DNA from: Spirochaetia bacterium
GTDB taxonomy: Bacteria > Spirochaetota > Spirochaetia > UBA9216
Reading direction: 5' to 3'
DNA length: 64,000 nucleotides
Assembly (NCBI GenBank): GCA_963675665.1
Contig: OY776510.1
Coordinates: 1,088,001-1,152,000, forward strand
Of this stretch, positions 27,075 to 35,112 are shown piece by piece. A program made the position numbers and the translations under genes. Numbering within the stretch: the stretch's first letter is position 1; each line of letters begins with the position of its first letter. The notes under the pieces were generated by a model. That model worked only from the letters and a program-made list of their open reading frames with translations. It did no database searches and was not told the origin of the DNA.

Positions 27075-28100
27075 TTAAAATAAAGAATTGTCCTTCAGAC
27101 AGACTATGTCCCTATCCGGTTTAAAGAGCTTCATATCAGTAAATGCGGCTATAACCCATTTGTTCGGGGTGTTTATCTGGATATAACGCCCGTCCTGACG
27201 TAGAGAATATCTTCCTGATACAGGCCGGTGCCCTCCGAAAATTCTGCCTTCTTCAGAAGTGATTCCGAAGTTGTATAGTGTTGAAATTACGCTGCCGGGT
27301 TCAGCTGACCCGTTATCGGTCCAGGTAAGATTGTATATTACGTCATCAGTATCATAGGCATTTATAACCTCGTTTCTTGTAAGGGCACGCCCGGGTTCGC
27401 AATGACTTACCAGAAAACCCGGGCCTTCGGCCATAAGGGGAAGGGATTTTTCCCATACCCGGATAAGCCTGAGAATTTCTTTGCCCAGAAACGTTTCAAC
27501 CCACTGTTTAACCATTTCTCCCTCAAAAACGAATTTCCTGAACGGGAAATTGCCCTCGCCTTCTTCGTTACCGATATTCTCATGATTACCTTTAAGAAAA
27601 TGGAACTGCCGGGGCAGTGTGCTTTTTACAATTGCAAGCATTTCAAGCAGACCCAGATTTTCCCGCATTTCAAGATCCATGTGTTTATGCTGTCCGAACC
27701 CGGCCAACCACTCTTTCATTGCTTTTTGCCATCTTTCGCGTCCGCGCACTTCACTGTGAAAGGCGTCTCCTACACAGACTACCTGTGCCAGACCGTCGGC
27801 CATGTCGGCTAATACGGACCGGCCGGAAAACCCTGACCAGTTCATAACGGCTGAGAAAAAATCCATCCTTCCGTGAAGGTCGGGGATAATTATAAAGTAT
27901 CCTCCATGAGACAGTCTCACCAGGCTGCCGGAGCCTCCCCTGTCTGAAGCCGGCCGGACTTCTGCCGGTTCGTTGTATAGAGCATTGATTCCGGCCGTTA
28001 GAGAGTCTTTTAGCGCCTTTTTTGAGGGAAAATTCCCGCGGTTCAGAATGTCTTCAAGCATCGCGGGAATTTCCTGCCGGTCGATGTTCCTGCCTCTCAA
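27075..28100 (-). CDS. Calcineurin-like metallophosphoesterase (candidate protein phosphatase)
   Basis: PDLHG, VGDAFH, KGNHE, VSH and GGHRP motifs; TTG start. Confidence 0.82.
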   Translation of the reverse strand: MRGRNIDRQEIPAMLEDILNRGNFPSKKALKDSLTAGINALYNEPAEVRPASDRGGSGSLVRLSHGGYFIIIPDLHGRMDFFSAVMNWSGFSGRSVLADMADGLAQVVCVGDAFHSEVRGRERWQKAMKEWLAGFGQHKHMDLEMRENLGLLEMLAIVKSTLPRQFHFLKGNHENIGNEEGEGNFPFRKFVFEGEMVKQWVETFLGKEILRLIRVWEKSLPLMAEGPGFLVSHCEPGRALTRNEVINAYDTDDVIYNLTWTDNGSAEPGSVISTLYNFGITSEEGRIFGGHRPVSGRYSLRQDGRYIQINTPNKWVIAAFTDMKLFKPDRDIVCLKDNSLF

Positions 28101-28108
28101 AACCTGCC

Positions 28109-28642
28109 TCAGTTTTCCTGAATTGTGGTTTTATTGATTGAAGTGAAATCCTCGGCAATAAGCAGTGTAACTTCGTCAAGCAATCCTGCCTCTTCTTCCG
28201 GCAGCATTTCTTCCTTTACAACTGCAATCGCATATACCGGGCTGCTCTTTTGGATGGGACCTTTTTCAAATTCGACAGGCATTCCCTTTATGACGTTATC
28301 GTTCAGTATGGATTCTTCTTCGGAGGCTGATTCCGGAACATCGTTCCGCAGCCCGATGCTGAAATATTCAACATTTCGGAAATCATTGATTTCCGGGCCG
28401 ATATTAATCAGTGAACCGGACCATGTCATTATCAGAGCGCCCCTTTGATCATTAATATCGAGGTTGTCGGTTTCTTCCATCTCCCGCTGTTTTGTCTGTT
28501 CCATGAACGCCTGATGTTTTTCAAGCCATCCGCCGGCCATCAGTTCAAGCGAATCTTCGCTGTTTTCCAACCCCGCAGTTTTTACCAGTTTCTTTATATG
28601 TGTCTGCACTTCAGGTTCCAGACCGTTAAATTTTTCACCCAT
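28109..28642 (-). CDS. Hypothetical protein (177 aa), paralog of the N-terminal domain of 28881-29753
   Basis: AGGAG RBS before ATG 28642; shared blocks RGALIMTWSGSLINIGP / RGMMVLTYSGSILSIGP. Confidence 0.8.
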   Translation of the reverse strand: MGEKFNGLEPEVQTHIKKLVKTAGLENSEDSLELMAGGWLEKHQAFMEQTKQREMEETDNLDINDQRGALIMTWSGSLINIGPEINDFRNVEYFSIGLRNDVPESASEEESILNDNVIKGMPVEFEKGPIQKSSPVYAIAVVKEEMLPEEEAGLLDEVTLLIAEDFTSINKTTIQEN

Positions 28643-28692
28643 TTTTTTCTCCTGAAAAATGATCTTGCCGCGACGGCAGATCATTATATATA

Positions 28693-28758
28693 TGAAGTTT
28701 GGAAGCAACGCTTCCAAACTTCAAAAAACATAAAAGACACGGATGTACTTTATGTTTT
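28693..28758. repeat. Two-hairpin intergenic element, copy 1
   Basis: TGAAGTTTGGAAGC-AAC-GCTTCCAAACTTCA, then AAAACATAAA...TTTATGTTTT; related copy at 60566. Confidence 0.75.
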
Positions 28759-28880
28759 ACAGCTGCGAACATAATCCTATCCCCGTTTTCAAAAAAAAAC
28801 CATTTTTTCCGGTAAAATTTGAAAAAAAGTTGTTTTTCAGACGAATTTGATCTATTTTTTGATATGAAGAGAGGAAGGAT

Positions 28881-29753
28881 ATGGATAATAACAGTAAATT
28901 TACGGATCTGCCGAACGCCATACAGCATCATCTGGCTGGTCTTGCAGCGGACTTGAAGAGGCAGAATGATCCTGAATATATGAAAATGCTTTCTGATGTA
29001 TGGTTCCGAAAAGAAGAACTTTTCAGACAGCAGGTCAGGGCAATGAAACTGGTTTTTACGGATGAAGTATCGAACAGGGACACCCGCGGAATGATGGTTC
29101 TTACGTACTCCGGGTCAATTCTCAGTATCGGCCCTGTTTTTTTAACCAGCACAAATATAAATTCCAGCAGATGGATAGAATATTCAAGTATTAAATTGCG
29201 GACCGAAGTTCCCGATATATTAATCGAAAAAAACGCAACGATTTCAGCGCCGTTATTTGCAGGCAAGCCTGTTCTGCTTGAAAATTCCAGGGTTAAGGCT
29301 ACAAGTCCGGCATATATGCTTGCGGTCTGCCCTGAAGGACTGAACGAAGAGGAGCAGGATAAAAGAATTCGTGAAAGTTCTGTTTTTATTACTGCCGGGT
29401 TTATGAAATACAATCGAAGTCTGCAGATTGACAGTAAATTTATTCCTGATCAGTTTACCATGAAATCAATGACGCGTTTTCTTGCAAAGAAGCACGGGCT
29501 TACCGGACAGGAGGCTCGGCTGATAATAGATGATTTCCTGTCTCTTATCGAAACAGGAATGCTGATGGGCGAATCGGTGCCTTTCGGGCGGCTGGGGCGT
29601 TTTTCCGTTAAGATGCGCGACGCTCAAAAACCCCGTGTAATCCGGCATCCTGTTTCCGGAGATGAAATGACTGTAAAGGCAAAGCCTGCAAAGGGTGTTC
29701 CCAAGATTTCTTTTTCAAGTTATATGAAGGAACGTGCAGAAGGTATTTTGTAA
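28881..29753 (+). CDS. Unknown N-terminal domain fused to a C-terminal HU/IHF-like DNA-binding domain
   Basis: C-terminal TMKSMTRFLAKKHGLTGQEARLIIDDFL...GESVPFGRLGRFSVKMRDAQKPRVIRHPVSGDEMTVKAKPA. Confidence 0.85.
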   Translation: MDNNSKFTDLPNAIQHHLAGLAADLKRQNDPEYMKMLSDVWFRKEELFRQQVRAMKLVFTDEVSNRDTRGMMVLTYSGSILSIGPVFLTSTNINSSRWIEYSSIKLRTEVPDILIEKNATISAPLFAGKPVLLENSRVKATSPAYMLAVCPEGLNEEEQDKRIRESSVFITAGFMKYNRSLQIDSKFIPDQFTMKSMTRFLAKKHGLTGQEARLIIDDFLSLIETGMLMGESVPFGRLGRFSVKMRDAQKPRVIRHPVSGDEMTVKAKPAKGVPKISFSSYMKERAEGIL

Positions 29754-29861
29754 ATAATGTAAATTATGTAAAGAGAATGTAAAACATCGACGGATTTCGT
29801 GAATAAATTGATTTATGAAATAATCTATTTTATATGTCGAAGTGCATTATTGGAGATTATC

Positions 29862-31646
29862 ATGAAATACAGATTTATTCTTTTATCCGTTATGTTCATA
29901 ATTTTGCTTTTTATTACATCCTGCGGGAAAGATTCAACAACAGACGACTCAACAACGGGCAACTATAATACGGATACAGGGGGTACTGTTTCGGAAGCCT
30001 CAACAGATGCGGATGAGGCTATGGATCTGAATACAGCCTCACATGAAAGCGACGGGGATTATTCCTTTGACACAGCGGATGTCGTTTCTGTAGTTCTCGG
30101 AGATTCTTCAATTACCATAAACGGTACGGATTATGATTCTTATTCGGGGTCGGGGTTTTCCCGGGATGCCGAAAACAGCATTCTAACTATAACGGAAGCA
30201 GGGGTGTACAGTTTGTCGGGAAGTTTCAGCGACGGACAGGTTGTAGTCAACACTGCCGATGAGGATACGGTGAAAATTATTCTGGATGGGGTATCAGTAG
30301 CCTGCTCGGACAATGCACCTTTGTACATCGAAGCCGCGACGAAAGCAGTAGTTTTCCTTGCTGAATCGACATTGAGCAGCCTTTCTGATTCCGATCGGGA
30401 GAGCGGGATGAAAGCTGTTTTATACAGCGATACGGATCTCAGTATTTGCGGAAGCGGCAGTCTTTCCGTTGAAGCGAACTATAAAGACGGTATTACAGCT
30501 AAAGAAGGTTTGATTATCAACAGCGGCACCATCGAAATAAATTCCGCAGATGACGGGATTCAGGGTGAAGATTACATTATAGTTGAAAACGGGAATATTA
30601 CCGTTTCGGCGGGAGGAGACGGATTTAAAACCGATAATGATTCTGATGAAGGTCTCGGGTATATTTATATAAACGACGGGACCTTTGATATTACAGTACT
30701 AAATGACGGAATACAGGCGGACACCGATATCATCATCAAAGACGGCGATTTTGAAATAAACTCCGGCGGGGGGAATACGGTTGAATTATCGGATGACAGC
30801 GATTCCTGCAAGGGAATCAAAGCGGATGTCAGCATAGTTATCGACGATTGCAGCTTTGATTTTGATACGGCGGATGATTCTGTTCATTGCGACGGTGATA
30901 TCGTTATAGGAAACGGAAGCTTTACAATCAAGGCGGGTGACGATGGAATTCATGCGGATACGTCGATCGAGATAAACGGGGGAGATTATGTGATCTCCAG
31001 GTCATATGAGGGAATAGAAAGCGCGCTGATAACGATAAACGGCGGGAATTTCCATGTGACAGCTGATGACGACGGGATTAATGTGGCGGGCGGTACGGAT
31101 TTTTCAAGCCCGGGATCATTTAACCAGTCGGGTAATTATTATCTTTATATAAACAACGGGTATATAGTTGTAGATTCCGACGGGGACGGTATTGATGTTA
31201 ACGGAACTATTATAATGACAGGAGGCTTGGTAATAGTTAACGGACCGACTGAATCCAATAATGGAGCTATCGATTATGATTTATCTTTTACCATCAGCGG
31301 CGGTACTCTTATAGCTGCCGGCAGCGCCGGTATGGCCCAGGCTCCGGGAACGGCCTCAACCCAATATAGTCTTAATATTGTTTTCGGCAGTAATTTATCA
31401 CCCGGCACAATAATCCATATCAGAAATTCAGACGGCGACGGGATTCTGACGTTTGCTCCGTCAAAATCTTTTCAGTCCCTGATCTTTTCCTCGGACAGTA
31501 TTGTTTATGATTCCGACTATTATCTTTATACCGGAGGAAGCGCCACCGGGAATAAGACGGACGGCCTTTATACAAACGGAACATACACCCCGGGCACCCT
31601 TTATGGAGATTTTACCGTATATGGTGTTGTCACAAATATAGATTAG
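29862..31646 (+). CDS. Carbohydrate-binding beta-helix lipoprotein (Cthe_2159/DUF4353-like)
   Basis: Lipobox FITSC; repeated I-x-x-G-x-x-x-I-x-A-x-D-D-G-I motifs; NGAIDYD. Confidence 0.85.
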   Translation: MKYRFILLSVMFIILLFITSCGKDSTTDDSTTGNYNTDTGGTVSEASTDADEAMDLNTASHESDGDYSFDTADVVSVVLGDSSITINGTDYDSYSGSGFSRDAENSILTITEAGVYSLSGSFSDGQVVVNTADEDTVKIILDGVSVACSDNAPLYIEAATKAVVFLAESTLSSLSDSDRESGMKAVLYSDTDLSICGSGSLSVEANYKDGITAKEGLIINSGTIEINSADDGIQGEDYIIVENGNITVSAGGDGFKTDNDSDEGLGYIYINDGTFDITVLNDGIQADTDIIIKDGDFEINSGGGNTVELSDDSDSCKGIKADVSIVIDDCSFDFDTADDSVHCDGDIVIGNGSFTIKAGDDGIHADTSIEINGGDYVISRSYEGIESALITINGGNFHVTADDDGINVAGGTDFSSPGSFNQSGNYYLYINNGYIVVDSDGDGIDVNGTIIMTGGLVIVNGPTESNNGAIDYDLSFTISGGTLIAAGSAGMAQAPGTASTQYSLNIVFGSNLSPGTIIHIRNSDGDGILTFAPSKSFQSLIFSSDSIVYDSDYYLYTGGSATGNKTDGLYTNGTYTPGTLYGDFTVYGVVTNID

Positions 31647-31674
31647 TTTTAAATGCGTGCCGGAGCAATGTTTA

Positions 31675-31730
31675 TTGACAAGGGAGAGTTTAATGTTTTA
31701 ATATGTTAACGATAACAGATAACGTTAACA
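31675..31730 (+). promoter_or_regulatory. Promoter with tandem LacI-family operators
   Basis: TTGACA at 31675-31680; CG-centred palindromes TGTTAACGATAACA (31704-31717) and AGATAACGTTAACA (31717-31730); LacI gene in the downstream operon. Confidence 0.75.
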
Positions 31731-31810
31731 GATGCACGTATCTGCATTGTTATTCCGCTTGTAATAACTCCAGCGAAACAGATACTGTTTTGATTGTTTA
31801 GGGAGAATAT

Positions 31811-32761
31811 ATGAACGTAGACGTAGCTTCAACCGGAACCCTTGCTGTTGATTATTTCGGTTTTGTGCCGATACTGGTTCCGGAAGATGGTAAAACAATG
31901 GCCAAAAAGTATGAATATCATCCCGGAGGGGTTGCCGGAAATGTAATTACCCAGCTGGCGAGGTTGGGGTGTTCAACAGGGTGGTTCGGTAAGATTGGTG
32001 ATGATGATTCGGGAAAGATTTTACTTGATGAGTTTAAGAAACTCTCCATCACAACGGAACATGTAGAGGTTGTTAAAGGCAAAAATTCAATGTTCTGCTG
32101 GATTCTTGTAGACGAGAATGGAAATCGCTCAATTACAATGTTTCCAAACGTCCTTAATGAATTGACTCCCGAAGATGTCAGAAGCAAGCATGCCGACATT
32201 ATAAAAAACGCAAAGATTCTGATGGTGGAAGCGTGCGTTATGCCGCTGGCTCCGATGCTTGAGGCAATGAGAATTGCAAATGAAGCCGGGGTTCGCGTCG
32301 TATTTGATATGGACGTGACTTTGTCCGATATAAAGCTTACGGATATGGGCTCCGAAGAGGATCTTCGTGAAGCTATATCAAGGGCGGATGTTTTTATCCC
32401 CTGTAAAGCGGCGGCGCAGGAACTATTGGGCACTTCAGATATCAGAAAAGACGTAAAATTTTTACAGGCGGAAGAATCACAGATTGTTGCAGTGACAATG
32501 GGAGATAAAGGTTGTGTGATATATGCAAACAACAATACGTATGAGGTTCCGGGATATAAAGTAAAAGTTGTTGATACGACCGGGGCCGGAGATGCTTTTC
32601 ACGGGGGATTTGTATATGGTTTGCTGAATAATTTCAGCATGGAGAAAGTCGCAGCTTTTGCAAATGCCTGCGGAGCTTTTTGCTGTACAGGTGTCGGAGC
32701 AAGATTTTCAGGAACATTGGACCAGATTAATGCGATTCTTTCCGGTCAGATGATGAGCTGA
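31811..32761 (+). CDS. PfkB/ribokinase-family carbohydrate kinase
   Basis: PGGVAGN, GKIGDD, VDTTGAGDAFHGG. Confidence 0.92.
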   Translation: MNVDVASTGTLAVDYFGFVPILVPEDGKTMAKKYEYHPGGVAGNVITQLARLGCSTGWFGKIGDDDSGKILLDEFKKLSITTEHVEVVKGKNSMFCWILVDENGNRSITMFPNVLNELTPEDVRSKHADIIKNAKILMVEACVMPLAPMLEAMRIANEAGVRVVFDMDVTLSDIKLTDMGSEEDLREAISRADVFIPCKAAAQELLGTSDIRKDVKFLQAEESQIVAVTMGDKGCVIYANNNTYEVPGYKVKVVDTTGAGDAFHGGFVYGLLNNFSMEKVAAFANACGAFCCTGVGARFSGTLDQINAILSGQMMS

Positions 32762-32769
32762 GGAATTGT

Positions 32770-33768
32770 ATGGGCATTACAATTAAAGATGTAGCAAAAG
32801 AAGCCGGCGTTTCCATAATGACTGTTTCCCGGGTTATTAACAATAAAGATTATATTGCCGACGGTACCAGAGAAAGGGTCCGGGCTGCTCTTAAAAAACT
32901 TAATTATATGCCTAATATCAGCGCCCGCAATCTGGTCACAAAAAAAACGGATTTCCTGGGACTTGTAGTTCCTGACATAAGCAACCCGTTTTTCGGAGAG
33001 CTGGTAAAAGCTTCAGAGAAGATCGCCAAGGATCGGGGTTATTCAATAATTCTGGGCGACAGCGACGGTAATGTTGAAGCTGAAGCCGACTATATAGATG
33101 CTTTCAGGGGCAGGATGTGCGGAGCGATAATTCTTGTTGCTCCGCGTGTTGAAGACAAAATTTTGCAGGAACTGAACAGAGAAATTCCTCTTGTTCTTGT
33201 GGACAGAAAGATTGACGATGATGACATAGTTCAGGTTTATCTTGATAATGCGCAGGGAGCTTATTCGGCCGTAAGGCATCTTATTGAACATGGTCACCGA
33301 AGAATAGGATTTGTGATGGGTCCGGCAAATGTTCCGAACAGCTACCGCAGAAAAAACGGATATATTGAAGCGCTAAACGATTTCGGTATTGATTATGATC
33401 CGGAACTTGAATACCAGGGAGAATTTATAGCAGAAACCGGAAGGCAGGCATTCAGTAAATTCATCAGCCTGAAAGAACCGCCCACTGCCGTATTTAACTC
33501 AAATGATATGATGGCGTTCGGATTTGTGCAGGCGGCGCGTGAGGCGGGATACTCCATTCCGGATGATTTCTCGGTTGTCGGTTTTGATGATATATTTCTG
33601 TCTTCTTTAATGGAACCGGCCCTGACTACGGTAAGATATCCTTTTATAGAAATGGGGAAAGAGGCTATAAACCTGCTTCTTGATTCCCTGGGTACCAGCG
33701 AGAAAGGGAAAATGAAAAAAAATCTTGAACACGAATTAATAATCAGAAAATCAACAAGGAGATTATAA
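32770..33768 (+). CDS. LacI-family transcriptional regulator
   Basis: TIKDVAKEAGVSIMTVSRVIN; NDMMAFG; VVGFDD. Confidence 0.95.
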   Translation: MGITIKDVAKEAGVSIMTVSRVINNKDYIADGTRERVRAALKKLNYMPNISARNLVTKKTDFLGLVVPDISNPFFGELVKASEKIAKDRGYSIILGDSDGNVEAEADYIDAFRGRMCGAIILVAPRVEDKILQELNREIPLVLVDRKIDDDDIVQVYLDNAQGAYSAVRHLIEHGHRRIGFVMGPANVPNSYRRKNGYIEALNDFGIDYDPELEYQGEFIAETGRQAFSKFISLKEPPTAVFNSNDMMAFGFVQAAREAGYSIPDDFSVVGFDDIFLSSLMEPALTTVRYPFIEMGKEAINLLLDSLGTSEKGKMKKNLEHELIIRKSTRRL

Positions 33769-34608
33769 ATGGGAAAGGAAGCAGCTTTTATTGATATTTT
33801 TAAAACCGATAAACCTGTTATCGGGATGGTCCATCTTAAACCGCTGCCGGGAACGCCGGGGTATGATCAGCGTTTGGGAATGAGCTGGATTATTGAACAT
33901 GCGGCGGCTGAGGCGGAAAGGCTTGCAGAGGGCGGCATAGACGGCATACAGATAGAGAATCAATTTGATAAACCGTTCTGCAAGCCTGATGATATCGGCC
34001 CGGAGATTGTTGCCGCGATTACGGCTGCGTCTTCGGCCGTCAGAAAAGCCGTAAATATACCAATCGGGATTAATGTCCATCTTAACGGAATCAGGCAGGC
34101 GCTTGCAATTGCAAATGCTGTCGGGGCCGAATGGATCAGGGCTTTTGAGCTGGCAAATGCGTATATTTCGAATTCAGGTATTATCGAAGCGGCGGCCCCA
34201 GAAGCTCTTCGTTACAGAAGAATGTTAAATGCGGAAAACATCAGGATTTTCGGTGATTTTCATGTTAAACACGGAAGCCATTTTATAATAAGTGATCGGA
34301 CTCTTGAGGAACAGGCAGAAGATATTGAAACCAGCGGAGGCAGCGCCGTAATTTTAACCAGCACGGCAACGGGAAAGGCGCCGTCTGTTGAAGATGCGCA
34401 ACTGGTAAGAAATGCAACAAGTCTTCCGATTCTGATAGGCAGCGGGTTTTCGTCTGTGAATGCAGGGGAGCTTCTTGAATATGTTGACGGCGCAATTGTA
34501 GGCAGCTCGCTTAAAGTCGACGGTAAAATTAAAGAAGACACTGATCCTGAAAGGGTGAAAGAACTGATGACTGTTGTAAATTCAATAAGAAACAGAAATC
34601 AACGGTAA
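33769..34608 (+). CDS. BtpA/SgcQ-family TIM-barrel protein
   Basis: IGMVHLKPLPGTP, QIENQFDKPF, DFHVKH, GAIVGSSLK. Confidence 0.88.
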   Translation: MGKEAAFIDIFKTDKPVIGMVHLKPLPGTPGYDQRLGMSWIIEHAAAEAERLAEGGIDGIQIENQFDKPFCKPDDIGPEIVAAITAASSAVRKAVNIPIGINVHLNGIRQALAIANAVGAEWIRAFELANAYISNSGIIEAAAPEALRYRRMLNAENIRIFGDFHVKHGSHFIISDRTLEEQAEDIETSGGSAVILTSTATGKAPSVEDAQLVRNATSLPILIGSGFSSVNAGELLEYVDGAIVGSSLKVDGKIKEDTDPERVKELMTVVNSIRNRNQR

Positions 34609-34670
34609 AATAATTTATAATAAAATTGACCTCCGCAGCCCCTGTAATTTATACTGGGGGTGAGGATTTT

Positions 34671-35102
34671 ATGAAAAAGAACGGTATTCTGAATGGTGAT
34701 CTTCTCAAGCTGACAGCATCAGCAGGGCATGGCGATTTGATTGTAGTTACTGACCGGGGGTTTCCTCTTCCTTCCGGAAGATCTGAGGTCAATGTAATAG
34801 ATCTCGGAATTGCCCCGGGACTGCCGTCGTTTTTGGATATAGTATCCCTGTTGACTGAAGAACTGAAAATAGAGAAGATTATACACGCTGAAGAATCGCT
34901 TGATAAATGTCCCGATGTTATTTCCGTGTTGAAAAGGATGTTTGATCCGGATCTTCCATGCAGAATTATTCCGCATAAAAGGCTGAAAGAGACGGCGATC
35001 AGCGGTAACGATCATGAACTGGGACGTGTAATAGGCTTTATCAGAACAGGCGAGTTTACTCCGTACGCAAATGTAATACTGGGCTGCGGGGTTATGTTTT
35101 AA
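34671..35102 (+). CDS. RbsD/FucU-family pyranase/mutarotase
   Basis: MKKNGILN, GHGDLIVVTDRGFP, IRTGEFTPYANVIL. Confidence 0.88.
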   Translation: MKKNGILNGDLLKLTASAGHGDLIVVTDRGFPLPSGRSEVNVIDLGIAPGLPSFLDIVSLLTEELKIEKIIHAEESLDKCPDVISVLKRMFDPDLPCRIIPHKRLKETAISGNDHELGRVIGFIRTGEFTPYANVILGCGVMF

Positions 35103-35112
35103 CGGGTTAATA

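Noticed and set aside
23241-28100. Type VI secretion regulatory cluster
   Set aside because: No tss structural genes in the window, and the phosphatase is calcineurin-like rather than PP2C
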